This document shows, one piece after another, positions 31,771 to 40,228 of a stretch of 64,000 nt of DNA. This stretch comes from a virus (taxonomy: Duplodnaviria; Heunggongvirae; Uroviricota; Caudoviricetes): IMG/VR virus record IMGVR_UViG_3300010367_000170. The stretch is one strand, 5' to 3'. Both the position numbers and the translations under genes were made by a program. The notes beneath the pieces are model-generated. The model was not told where the DNA came from, did not search any database, and worked only from the letters and a program-made list of their open reading frames with translations. How positions within the stretch are numbered: position 1 is the stretch's first letter; each line of letters starts with the position of its first letter.

Positions 31771-32738
31771 TGAGCTACAACGGGCCGTCAACCAAGGCCG
31801 TGGGTATCGGCTGCCTCGCCGCCGCTGCCGTCTTCACCGGAGCCGTGTTCGCCACCGGCTACGCCATGTCGTTCGAGTCCACCACCCCCGGACAGATCGC
31901 GGTGGTCCGCAACGGCGGACCCATGTCCGGCAAGAGCATCAAGCAGATCCTGCCCCCCGGCCACGGCGGCACCTACGTCGGCTACTGGACCACCGTCCAC
32001 TTCTACCCGGCCACCCAGTCCAGCTACACCATCACCGACGACGTGAAGGAAGGCGACCAGCCCGGCGTGGACGTCATCTCGGTGCCGTCGGCCGACGGCG
32101 TCCAGATGGGGCTTCAGGGCACCCTCTACTTCACCCTCAACACCGACCCGGCGACGGTGAAGAAGTTCGACGACAAGTTCGGCACCCGCAGCTTCACCTA
32201 CGGAGGCGAGTCCGGCCACGCCTACGACGGCAACAAGGGCTTCGGCATCTTCATGAACCAGGTAGTCAGGCCCGTGATCAACAACGCCGTCCGCCAGGCC
32301 ATCGCGGGCAAGCGCTGCTCCGAGCTGCTGGCGTCGTGCGCCCTGGTACAGAACACCGGGCAGCCGGTGAACTTCAACACCGTCCCCGTCGGCTCCGTGA
32401 ACATCAACGACGTCCAGAGCGCCATCAACAGCGACCTGGAGAACGACATCAACAACACCCTCGGCGGTAACTTCTTCACCGGCCTGAAGTTCAACCTCAA
32501 CAAGGTTGACGTCCCCCCCAACGTCCAGGAAGCCATCAACAACGCCCAGTCGGCGTTTGCCGCAGTCTCCCAGTCCCAGGCGAAGATCGCGCAGGCGCAG
32601 GCCGACGCCAAGGCCAACGAGACCAGGCAGAATGGCTACAACGCCTGCCCCGTCTGCGGCCAGATCGACATGCTGCACGCCCTGCCGCCCGGTCTCACCA
32701 CCTACGCTCCCGGCACCCAGTTCGCCGTCACCAAGTAG
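31770..32738 (+). CDS. SPFH/band-7 (stomatin/prohibitin-like) domain membrane protein
   Basis: ACCGGAGGAACTA then ATG. N-terminal TM then QIAVVRNGG..K..L.PG fold signature with an Ala/Gln-rich coiled-coil tail. Confidence 0.65.
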   Translation: MSYNGPSTKAVGIGCLAAAAVFTGAVFATGYAMSFESTTPGQIAVVRNGGPMSGKSIKQILPPGHGGTYVGYWTTVHFYPATQSSYTITDDVKEGDQPGVDVISVPSADGVQMGLQGTLYFTLNTDPATVKKFDDKFGTRSFTYGGESGHAYDGNKGFGIFMNQVVRPVINNAVRQAIAGKRCSELLASCALVQNTGQPVNFNTVPVGSVNINDVQSAINSDLENDINNTLGGNFFTGLKFNLNKVDVPPNVQEAINNAQSAFAAVSQSQAKIAQAQADAKANETRQNGYNACPVCGQIDMLHALPPGLTTYAPGTQFAVTK

Positions 32739-32749
32739 GGAGAAACGAC

Positions 32750-32860
32750 ATGCGGAACTACATCCTGGGAGCCGTCGCCGGTTTCGCCGCACTCCTGATC
32801 GCTCTCGCCGCCAGCGAGGTCCGGCGGCAGATCCGTGAGCAGACCGGCGGCGAGGAGTAG
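32750..32860 (+). CDS. Tiny membrane protein (36 aa)
   Basis: GGGAGAAACGAC then ATG. ILGAVAGFAALLIALAA. Confidence 0.4.
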   Translation: MRNYILGAVAGFAALLIALAASEVRRQIREQTGGEE

Positions 32861-32862
32861 AC

Positions 32863-33168
32863 ATGGTTTACGTCATCCTCGCCGCGATGATCCTCGCCGC
32901 CGCTGTTCTCGCCGCAGTCTTGTTGTTCTACAACCCGGACGACAACAAGGAGGAGAAGCTGGGCGGCAAGGGCAACTGGTTCATCACCGAACGCACCGCC
33001 GGACCCAACGCCACCGCCATCTGCGTGGTCCGGATGAACGGCAACCGGGAGACCAACGTCATCAGGGTCGCCACCCTTCGCGACGACGCTGAGGACTGGA
33101 CCACCCGCTACGAAGAGGCAATGGCCAGGGCACGGGAACGCCTGTTCAGCCTCCAAGGGAACAAGTAG
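32863..33168 (+). CDS. NfeD-like short membrane protein (TM plus C-terminal beta/OB domain), partner of SPFH
   Basis: GGCGAGGAGTAGAC then ATG. N-terminal TM VYVILAAMILAAAVLAAVLLF then GKGNWFITERTAGPNATAICVVRMNGNRETNVIRVATL. Confidence 0.5.
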   Translation: MVYVILAAMILAAAVLAAVLLFYNPDDNKEEKLGGKGNWFITERTAGPNATAICVVRMNGNRETNVIRVATLRDDAEDWTTRYEEAMARARERLFSLQGNK

Positions 33169-33181
33169 ACAAGGAACGCGC

Positions 33182-33688
33182 GTGACCGACTCCCCTCTGA
33201 AGGGCTTGCCGATCGAGCCGGTGATCATCCCGGACGGCGTCGAGGCTTTCGCAGCCCCTGGCTCGATCGCCCAGTGGCCGGAAATCGTCGAAGACTTCGA
33301 AGCCAAACCGGGGGACTTCGGTCACGCGTTCCTGTACCTGGCGCACCACCCCATCTTCTGGGAGCTGCGGCAAGGCACGGACGTCGAGTGGTATCTGGTG
33401 CCCGGCACCGCCTGGTACCGGTCTATCGAGATGGGCGTATGGCGGGAGGCGAACGCCGACAAGCCCATGGTGTGGCTGGAGGTGGTGCCGCAGCGCTGGC
33501 ACACCGACCCGGACGTGAGCCAGGTATTTCAGGTGAACCCGAACCACGTAGAACAGCTGTCCGTCCTGGCCGACACGTTCGAGCAGGCGATCACGTCCCT
33601 GGCGAAGACAGTTCACAAGACCTGGGGTAACGGCAGGGATTCCCTGAAGCTCCCCGAGGAGGATCCGGAAGGAAGGTGGTACGGATGA
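33182..33688 (+). CDS. Hypothetical protein (168 aa); paralog 1 of a tandem pair
   Basis: AAGGAACGCGC then GTG. Shares D.F...YL..HP.FW and TFEQAI..A..VH motifs with 33685..34272. Confidence 0.6.
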   Translation: MTDSPLKGLPIEPVIIPDGVEAFAAPGSIAQWPEIVEDFEAKPGDFGHAFLYLAHHPIFWELRQGTDVEWYLVPGTAWYRSIEMGVWREANADKPMVWLEVVPQRWHTDPDVSQVFQVNPNHVEQLSVLADTFEQAITSLAKTVHKTWGNGRDSLKLPEEDPEGRWYG

Positions 33689-34272
33689 GCATCGAACGGT
33701 ACGCCATCGAGTTGCCGGAAGTGCCATGCCAAGGCGGTTTCGGCGGTTTCCTGCCGACAGGAACCAGCACTTGGACGTACGCCAGTCTGCAAGCGGACCG
33801 CGTGAAGGACTGGGCCGGATTCGTCAACGCCTACGAGGCCAACCCGGATGACTTCTACAACTCGTGGCACTACCTGAACTGGCACCCCGCGTTCTGGAAG
33901 TTCTACGGGCGGACCGACGCGAGCCACGCCGAACGGTTCCACGAGGTGTGTCTGGCGGAAGACCGGGGCGTGGAAAACCGTATCGAAGTCGCCGTGGCTA
34001 AGGTCAATCCGGCCACCGGCAGCATCGACGAAGACAACCCGGCTCTCAACACCAAAACCGAGGTGTGGCTGGAAACCGGCAAGATCCGCTGGCCCGCCAA
34101 CAACTTCAACGAATACGACATCTACTTCCACGACTACGAACTGGACTGCGGCGGCGACACCTACGAACAAGCCATCATCGCCATGGCCCGGAACGTCCAC
34201 GACAATTACGGCAACGACCGGATGGTGTGCGACGACCACCGCAGCACGCCGCGCAAACTGGAGGGTCCCTGA
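33685..34272 (+). CDS. Hypothetical protein (195 aa); paralog 2
   Basis: GGAAGGAAGG 8 nt before ATG 33685. ATGA overlap. Confidence 0.6.
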   Translation: MSIERYAIELPEVPCQGGFGGFLPTGTSTWTYASLQADRVKDWAGFVNAYEANPDDFYNSWHYLNWHPAFWKFYGRTDASHAERFHEVCLAEDRGVENRIEVAVAKVNPATGSIDEDNPALNTKTEVWLETGKIRWPANNFNEYDIYFHDYELDCGGDTYEQAIIAMARNVHDNYGNDRMVCDDHRSTPRKLEGP

Positions 34273-34481
34273 TGGCTGCGCGTTGGCGTGGAGACCGTAT
34301 CCGCAAGAAGATCGAGAAAATGGGAGGACCGCCCGCCAAAGAATCCAGCACAGGCGACAGCACCTGTTTCTACTGCGGCAACCCCTACAACCCCGGGCAG
34401 GAAGGCGGCCACCACTTCCCCTCCTGCGACGTCCAGGGCTGCGGCTCCCTGGAACATCCGGGATGCTGCCATGGCTCTTAA
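34272..34481 (+). CDS. Cys/His-rich small protein (69 aa)
   Basis: ATGA-coupled. CFYCG..HHFPSCDVQGCGSLEHPGCCH. Confidence 0.5.
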   Translation: MAARWRGDRIRKKIEKMGGPPAKESSTGDSTCFYCGNPYNPGQEGGHHFPSCDVQGCGSLEHPGCCHGS

Positions 34482-34848
34482 GCCATTCGCTGACCGCTGG
34501 TGGTACGACAGACCGAGGAACCGCAGCTATCCTTGGCGACTTCAGGCGATGCTGTCCACCGACGAATACTGCAACCCCACGTTCTACCTCGGGTTGCCCG
34601 CCGTCGGCGCGTGGGTGGTCCGCTACAAGCGCGGGCCGATAAGAACCGAAGCCTGCGACAAGTGCCAGAAAGAGCAAGGGCCGTGGTGTACCGGCTGCGA
34701 ATCCTGCCACCCGGGACCGCGCTGCCACAACTGGGGCGGATGCCCCCACTATGCCAGCCTCGAAGACTGCTCCGTCTGCGGAGGCTGGTACTGCCCGGTA
34801 TGCGAACCCGTCCCCAGAGACAGCTGCCCCTACAAGGGGGAGCTGTGA
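34471..34848 (+). CDS. Multi-Cys zinc-finger-like protein (125 aa, about 16 Cys)
   Basis: CDKCQ..WCTGCESCHPGPRCHNWGGCPHY..CSVCGGWYCPVCEP. ATG 34471. Confidence 0.5.
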   Translation: MALKPFADRWWYDRPRNRSYPWRLQAMLSTDEYCNPTFYLGLPAVGAWVVRYKRGPIRTEACDKCQKEQGPWCTGCESCHPGPRCHNWGGCPHYASLEDCSVCGGWYCPVCEPVPRDSCPYKGEL

Positions 34849-34850
34849 GG

Positions 34851-35015
34851 ATGCTGGGACGGTACCAGTGGTGGGTGCGCCGTTTCGACGGCACCCAGTG
34901 GAAGTGGATCCGTCTGGACGACGACAGGAAAACCAAGTACCGCAAGCTGGCCGAGAAACGCCGTTGGCAGCGGGAAGTTACGGAGGAAACTGATGACACA
35001 GGCTGTTCTCGCTGA
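34851..35015 (+). CDS. Small basic Trp-rich protein (54 aa)
   Basis: GGGGAGCTGTGAGG then ATG. Confidence 0.4.
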   Translation: MLGRYQWWVRRFDGTQWKWIRLDDDRKTKYRKLAEKRRWQREVTEETDDTGCSR

Positions 35016-35850
35016 ACCGGACAACAGAGCGGTGTTCACCGACTCCCTCCACCGCATCCTGTTCCTCGGAGACACCCACGCCAACACCGACCAGATGTAC
35101 AAGGCGTTGGATGTCGCTGCCGCCAACGACTGCTCCCGCATCTTCCAGGTCGGTGACTTCGGCTACCTGGAACACGAGCCGTTCGGTGTGCAGTTCCTGG
35201 AGGACATCGACCGGTACGCCCGGCACGTCGGCGTGGACATCTACTTCCTGGACGGGAACCACGACAATCTGCGGCTGCTGTTGGAGAAGTACAGCAGCAA
35301 CAAGGACTCGGAGGGGTTCGTGATGGTGCGTCCCCGGGTGCGGTACGCCCCGCGCGGCCACGTCTGGATCTGGAAGGGAAAGACGTTCATGGCGTTGGGT
35401 GGGGCGTACTCGGTAGACAAGGACTATCGCCTGGCGCAGGAACAGCACGCCGCCGATGACGCCGGAGAGGACGTGTCGCTTCACCGGGGCACCTGGTGGT
35501 TCCCGGGCGAGGAGATGACCGATGAGGACTTGAACCGGTATCTCACCGCAGCCCCCCACAAGATCGACATCCTGCTTACTCACGACAAGCCACGCGGCTC
35601 CAACCCCGAATGGAACCGCAAGGACATCCCCGGATGCTGGCCCAACCAGGACCGCATCCAGGCCGCTGTCCGCGCCACAGCACCCGACATCCTGATCCAC
35701 GGCCACCTGCACTGGCGCTACGAGAACATGCTGGAACACGACCGGGGCGTCACCCGCGTCATCGGCCTGTCCTCCGACCCCTACTCGGCAATGCGGCACC
35801 GGGAATCAGACGCCTGGACCATTCTGGACCTCACCAACGGAGAACACTGA
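34993..35850 (+). CDS. Calcineurin-like metallophosphoesterase (Ser/Thr phosphatase-type)
   Basis: GGAGGAAACTG then ATG. Motifs LGDTHAN, VGDFGY, LDGNHDN, HGHLH. Confidence 0.8.
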   Translation: MTQAVLAEPDNRAVFTDSLHRILFLGDTHANTDQMYKALDVAAANDCSRIFQVGDFGYLEHEPFGVQFLEDIDRYARHVGVDIYFLDGNHDNLRLLLEKYSSNKDSEGFVMVRPRVRYAPRGHVWIWKGKTFMALGGAYSVDKDYRLAQEQHAADDAGEDVSLHRGTWWFPGEEMTDEDLNRYLTAAPHKIDILLTHDKPRGSNPEWNRKDIPGCWPNQDRIQAAVRATAPDILIHGHLHWRYENMLEHDRGVTRVIGLSSDPYSAMRHRESDAWTILDLTNGEH

Positions 35851-36059
35851 TGGGCAAGCGCGGCAAAGACGACTTCCCGAACCTGCGAAACGAGAACGGG
35901 GGCATCGGCTCCGAGACGCCCGCACGCAGCGCCGGAGAGGCGTTCTGCAACACGTGCGGCGGCAGCGGATCCACCGGCACCCTGGACGTGTACGACACCG
36001 CTACGGGCCAGTGGAACCGGGGAGCGACCTGCTTCTCCCACAACGTCGTGGCCCATTAG
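35850..36059 (+). CDS. Small Cys-containing protein (69 aa), ATGA-coupled
   Basis: ACGGAGAACACTG then ATG. CNTCGGSG..C. Confidence 0.5.
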   Translation: MGKRGKDDFPNLRNENGGIGSETPARSAGEAFCNTCGGSGSTGTLDVYDTATGQWNRGATCFSHNVVAH

Positions 36060-36065
36060 ACGCGG

Positions 36066-36099
36066 AAGAAGCCCCCCACCTGCGGGTGGGGGGCTTCTC
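36066..36099. terminator. Bidirectional terminator GAAGAAGCCCCCCACC-tgcg-GGTGGGGGGCTTCTC
   Basis: 15-bp stem between convergent plus block end (36059) and minus lysis block end (36101). Confidence 0.75.
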
Positions 36100-36100
36100 G

Positions 36101-36454
36101 TTACCGGCAACCCAGGGCAGCGTAGCTGTCGTGGATCTGTTCCCTAGCGGATACCCGCTGGTCGTACTGGTCGGAGGTCTCTCCCGGAGAGCGCGGAGCG
36201 TCCACCGACTTCACGAACAGGCTGTACAAAGGACACAACACCCGCGAACGGGTAATCTGCTCGCGGTGTTGCGTGTCGGACAAGTTAGCGATGATCACGC
36301 CCAAAACGATGAACGTGACTACCTTCAGAGCCGACAAGGTAATCAAAGCCGTCCGCCAGTTCCGGTTGATCCGCAACTGGTTCTTCAAATCGGCAATGTC
36401 GTGACTGAGAACCTCAACAGCGTTGGTAAGGTCCTGATCAAACCCTTCGCTCAT
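36101..36454 (-). CDS. Membrane protein (117 aa), last gene of lysis operon
   Basis: One TM (ALITLSALKVVTFIVLGVIIANL). Lower GC3 than neighbours. Start uncertain (ATG 36454 or TTG 36517). Confidence 0.35.
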   Translation of the reverse strand: MSEGFDQDLTNAVEVLSHDIADLKNQLRINRNWRTALITLSALKVVTFIVLGVIIANLSDTQHREQITRSRVLCPLYSLFVKSVDAPRSPGETSDQYDQRVSAREQIHDSYAALGCR

Positions 36455-36638
36455 CGCTGCCGCCTTCCCGTCCAAGTCCCGGCTCGTGGTTCTCCAGCTC
36501 TTCGTGAAGCCGTTCAACCAGGGTTTCCATCCTGCCCACCATAAGCGTCATCGTCTCTCCGAGATGCCGCGCCTCACTGATCAACCGACGTTCCGCTGCC
36601 CCGTTCTGCGGAAGGTTCTTCCTCCACCTCAGATTCAT
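36438..36638 (-). CDS. Small acidic protein (66 aa), ATGA-coupled
   Basis: ATG overlaps TGA of the upstream gene. Confidence 0.35.
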   Translation of the reverse strand: MNLRWRKNLPQNGAAERRLISEARHLGETMTLMVGRMETLVERLHEELENHEPGLGREGGSDERRV

Positions 36639-36877
36639 GGGCTTCTCCGTAGTACGGTCAGAACCTCAGCGAGAACCTGGTTGGAGGCAGCCAACTTCTC
36701 CACCACCTGGGTCCTCAAGATCTCGTTGAGGCTCTTCAGTTCCGTTTCCAGCCGGTCGGCCCGCTCCTGCTCTCGTTTGTGAGCTTCAACCTCCCGGTTG
36801 AACAACACCTTCACGGCTGCGATAGCGACAAGCAGAGTGGCGCCTAGCGCGCCGTATTGAGCTGCCAGAGAGTCCAC
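36635..36877 (-). CDS. Holin-like membrane protein (N-terminal TM plus coiled coil, 80 aa)
   Basis: AGGAGCGGACC then GTG. LGATLLVAIAAVKVLF. Confidence 0.5.
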   Translation of the reverse strand: MDSLAAQYGALGATLLVAIAAVKVLFNREVEAHKREQERADRLETELKSLNEILRTQVVEKLAASNQVLAEVLTVLRRSP

Positions 36878-36886
36878 GGTCCGCTC

Positions 36887-37195
36887 CTAGTGTCTGACCA
36901 GGAAGGCGGTCACCACGCCGATAGCGCCGCCGAACGCGGTAGCGATACCGGACATGAAGTAGACACGCCCCTTCAGGCTGCTGAAACTGTCCTCATACGT
37001 CTCCATCTTCGTCTCCAGGTGAGCCTGCTTCGCGTCCCGCGCGGCGAACTCCGCAGCGATACGCTCCGCGCTTTCCCGCGCCCTCTGCTCTGCCCAATCC
37101 GACTTCTGGAGCAGGACCGTCAGCTGTCCGTCAATCTTGGTGATGGCGACGTCGAGCGACCGCCTCATATCGGACAGCTGAAGATCCAAACTCAT
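36887..37195 (-). CDS. Lysis-associated membrane protein (coiled coil plus C-terminal TM, 102 aa)
   Basis: ATG 37195. FMSGIATAFGGAIGVVTAFLV C-terminal TM. The N-terminal 43 aa of the listed ORF overlap the endolysin out of frame. Confidence 0.5.
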   Translation of the reverse strand: MSLDLQLSDMRRSLDVAITKIDGQLTVLLQKSDWAEQRARESAERIAAEFAARDAKQAHLETKMETYEDSFSSLKGRVYFMSGIATAFGGAIGVVTAFLVRH

Positions 37196-37271
37196 ATCGG
37201 GTGTACCCCCAGGTGACCCGCTACCCCGCCATGCCTGCGGTGACGGTGTTGCTCCATGACGGTTCGGGTCC

Positions 37272-38276
37272 TCACCCGACGCCATGACCGCCCAAAGCCT
37301 GAGCGAGCTGCGCCTGAACCGCAACCGCCACAGCCTGGGCGTCCACGTTCACCGCCAGATGCTGCTCGATGGCCAACACGACCTGGTTAGCCAACGCGCC
37401 CGTGTCGATCGCCGGAGCCGACGGCCGGTTCAAAAGCGCATCCAACTTCTGCGACAACCCGGCCAACGTGTGCTCGTTGTTAACGGCACGGATAGCCGCG
37501 CCCTCCAACAACGTACCCACCGCAACCTGAGCGTTAGCGGTGAAACCGTCCGGCCCGGCGGACGGGTACCGCGCGGCGAACCCGGGGCTGATGGTGACAG
37601 TGTCGGTGAGGTTCACGTCTCCTCCTACATCGTGAGCGGAGCCACCCAACAAGGTGGCCAATTGATCAATGGTTCCACGGAACGCGTTGAAGTCCAGTTG
37701 CTGCTGCTCCACCCCCGCGTCCGTGTACTGCCACAGAACGGGAGTGAGACCCCCGTAGGGAGCCCAGCCGGAACCGTGGTCCCCGCCGTCGGCCGCGTAC
37801 CCGCCCGAAGGGTTCACGGGTCCGGTGCGAGGGTACGCGGACGAGACCAGGCCGATGCCCCGCTGCGCCAGAGGCGTCAAATCCGGGGAACCAATCCGCT
37901 GCCAGTACCAGCGCGGCAGGTAGGCGAGACGAACCTTGAGGCCGTGGGAGAACATGGCGTCAGCAACGCCCAGCACCTCGCCCAGGCTCGGAGCCGAGCC
38001 ACCCTCCGTCTCGACGTCCAGCATCACCGGCACCGAGAAGTCCTGGATGTGAGACGCCAGCCATGCGGCCTGAGCCTGAGCGCTCGACTCCGCCTTGACG
38101 AAGTGGTAGGCGATAGCCAGCTTGCCAGCTCTGCGAGCCTGCGCCAGCCACACCCCGTAATCGGGATCCGCGTAGTACGTGCCCTCCGTGCACTTCATGA
38201 TGACGAACGGATCCGCCAGCGCAGCCACGTTCACACCATGCTGATAGGAAGAGATATCCGGTCCGAAGATCGTCAC
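37272..38276 (-). CDS. Endolysin, glycoside hydrolase family 25 (lysozyme) with C-terminal extension
   Basis: GPDISSYQHGVN..DPFVIMKCTEG..YHF is a GH25 signature. Confidence 0.8.
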   Translation of the reverse strand: MTIFGPDISSYQHGVNVAALADPFVIMKCTEGTYYADPDYGVWLAQARRAGKLAIAYHFVKAESSAQAQAAWLASHIQDFSVPVMLDVETEGGSAPSLGEVLGVADAMFSHGLKVRLAYLPRWYWQRIGSPDLTPLAQRGIGLVSSAYPRTGPVNPSGGYAADGGDHGSGWAPYGGLTPVLWQYTDAGVEQQQLDFNAFRGTIDQLATLLGGSAHDVGGDVNLTDTVTISPGFAARYPSAGPDGFTANAQVAVGTLLEGAAIRAVNNEHTLAGLSQKLDALLNRPSAPAIDTGALANQVVLAIEQHLAVNVDAQAVAVAVQAQLAQALGGHGVG

Positions 38277-38566
38277 TCCTGGTCACCTCCTGACTTGTAC
38301 GAGCGGGCGATATGTTCGGCCGACACCCGATCCGGCACAGACGGATGATGCCTCCTACACGTGCGGTACGGAGTTCCCTCAACCGGATGCGTCCCCAGCC
38401 GCCAACAGAAACGCGGATGGTCAACATGGCAGGTGTGCCGCTTGTAGCCCGCGAACAGGGCACCGATAATAGCCGCCTCGCCAAGGTTCGCCCCCATACC
38501 CGACCACCACAAGTACCAGCCGCCCGAGCTGTCGTCCAAGCCAAGAAAATGGGTCAGCCAAGACAC
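38273..38566 (-). CDS. Membrane protein upstream of the endolysin (possible holin, 97 aa)
   Basis: AGGGGGTG RBS then GTG. TM AAIIGALFAGY. ATGA overlap with the endolysin start. Confidence 0.5.
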   Translation of the reverse strand: MSWLTHFLGLDDSSGGWYLWWSGMGANLGEAAIIGALFAGYKRHTCHVDHPRFCWRLGTHPVEGTPYRTCRRHHPSVPDRVSAEHIARSYKSGGDQE

Positions 38567-38579
38567 CGCCTGACACCCC

Positions 38580-39116
38580 CTAGCTGTGAACCCACACCAA
38601 ATTCATGCACGGACAAAGATCTACAGCGCTGTCGAAAGTGGTGTAGTTCGCCCCGGTGTCCTGCCGCGCATGCACCTCCACGTAGTCGTTCACCTTCAGA
38701 TAGACCAGCCCGGAGGCGGAAACAGAGCTGAACCCGGCAGCGTTCTTCAACAGGGCCTGCGTACTGCCGTACACGTGAGCGCCGTTGACGTTGATAGCAC
38801 AATAGATGTCTGCCTGGTTATTGGAGTTCGGCCACGCAACGAAACCCGTGACCCAGTACCACCCGGCGACCTGGCACACGTAACGCGAGTTGTTGACCGT
38901 GTTGGAGTGGCCGTTCTCGGTGTCCACGTCTTCGGCGTCGAGGTTGATGACGGTCCAGGTGCCCGTCGCGATCACCTGAGTAGTCGCCTGCCTGCCCCGG
39001 AACATCGGAGGCGACGCGTAGAAATCGCACATCGCCTTGGGGCCGCTGTTCCACAGAGACGACGTAACGAGGTTGCCCGGGTTCTGGAGGGCAACAGAGG
39101 GCACGGTACGCGGCAT
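38580..39116 (-). CDS. Minor tail / tail-fibre-like protein, paralog 3 (ends ..CPCMNLVWVHS)
   Basis: GGGAGCGTC then ATG 39116 right after the stop of paralog 2. The listed longer start overlaps the upstream gene. Confidence 0.6.
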   Translation of the reverse strand: MPRTVPSVALQNPGNLVTSSLWNSGPKAMCDFYASPPMFRGRQATTQVIATGTWTVINLDAEDVDTENGHSNTVNNSRYVCQVAGWYWVTGFVAWPNSNNQADIYCAINVNGAHVYGSTQALLKNAAGFSSVSASGLVYLKVNDYVEVHARQDTGANYTTFDSAVDLCPCMNLVWVHS

Positions 39117-39124
39117 GACGCTCC

Positions 39125-39658
39125 CTAACTGTGGACCCAGAAAAGATTCATACAAGGACACAGGTCGGTGCCCGCGAACGTGTTCAGGTTGCCGCCCACG
39201 TGCTGGCGCCCCCAGGTCTCGACGTAATCGCCTACGGCAAGCTGCACCAAAGTCCCGGACATCAAGGACTGCAAGTCAACCTGGTGAAGCAGGAATTGAG
39301 GGCTACCCACAACGATGGCGCCGTTCTTCGCGATGGCGCATTCGAACTGCGACAGGTTACCGCCGTTCGCCAAAGCGAAATACCCCTCCACGTAATACCA
39401 GCCCGGAACCTGACAGGTGTACCGGGAGTTGTTGACACTATTAGAGTGACCGCTATCCGTATCGACGTCGGTCACATCAAAAGACATAGCCAACCACACG
39501 TTATTCACCGTTGTCTGAGCAGCCGACTGACGCCCGCGAAACATCGGAACATTCAACAGGAAGTTCCCCAGCGCCCACTCACCGGCATTCCACAAGGCGC
39601 CAGTAATGAACTGTCCCGAAGACTTCTGCGCCGAACGAGGGACAACGCGAGCCGTCAT
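39125..39658 (-). CDS. Minor tail / tail-fibre-like protein, paralog 2 (..CPCMNLFWVHS)
   Basis: GAGGAGGAACG then ATG. Confidence 0.6.
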   Translation of the reverse strand: MTARVVPRSAQKSSGQFITGALWNAGEWALGNFLLNVPMFRGRQSAAQTTVNNVWLAMSFDVTDVDTDSGHSNSVNNSRYTCQVPGWYYVEGYFALANGGNLSQFECAIAKNGAIVVGSPQFLLHQVDLQSLMSGTLVQLAVGDYVETWGRQHVGGNLNTFAGTDLCPCMNLFWVHS

Positions 39659-39667
39659 CGTTCCTCC

Positions 39668-40219
39668 TCAGCTGTGAACCCACAGCACGTGAAGACCATT
39701 AAGAGTGTCATAGGCGCTGTAAAGATATTGCGTAGCACCCGTTATCTGCCGAACCCACAACTCCACGTAGTCTCCGACCGCCAACTGCACCAGAGCCGAA
39801 GCCTGCTGACCGGAGTTCACCAAGTTAGCCCTCGTCAAGAACTGCGAGGAACCGACAACGATGGTTCCGTTCTTGGCGACAGCGGTATCGATGCGCCCAG
39901 CGCCCGAAGCGCCCGATACACCCGAACCGTCCCACGCTACAGCGCCCTTAACCCAATACCAGCCAGCTACCTGACACGTGTAACGGGAACTGTTAACGGC
40001 GCTGCTATATCCCGAATCAGTGTCAAGAAGCCCAGCTAACCAAACGACAGCTGTCCACGTGTTGTTGGCTACGCTCTGGAAAGACGCGCCGCGCGCACCC
40101 AAGAACGACGGACGGTTCGACAAAAAGTCGTTCAACGCCTTGGGGCCGCTGTTCCACACCCGTCCCGTCACCAAGTCGCCGGTGCTGTGCTGCACCTGCG
40201 TAGGAATCTGACGCGCCAC
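39668..40219 (-). CDS. Minor tail / tail-fibre-like protein, paralog 1 (..LHVLWVHS)
   Basis: AGGGAGAAG then GTG. Shared N-terminal (VWNSGPKAL..F) and central (SRYTCQVAGWYWV) blocks with paralogs 2 and 3. Confidence 0.6.
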   Translation of the reverse strand: MARQIPTQVQHSTGDLVTGRVWNSGPKALNDFLSNRPSFLGARGASFQSVANNTWTAVVWLAGLLDTDSGYSSAVNSSRYTCQVAGWYWVKGAVAWDGSGVSGASGAGRIDTAVAKNGTIVVGSSQFLTRANLVNSGQQASALVQLAVGDYVELWVRQITGATQYLYSAYDTLNGLHVLWVHS

Positions 40220-40228
40220 ATCTTCTCC

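Noticed and set aside
33613-35799. Minus ORFs 33613..34749 and 34978..35799
   Set aside because: Antisense to coupled plus genes including the metallophosphoesterase.
37284-38348. 354-aa plus ORF antisense to the GH25 endolysin
   Set aside because: Arg-rich shadow. The endolysin frame has a clear catalytic signature.
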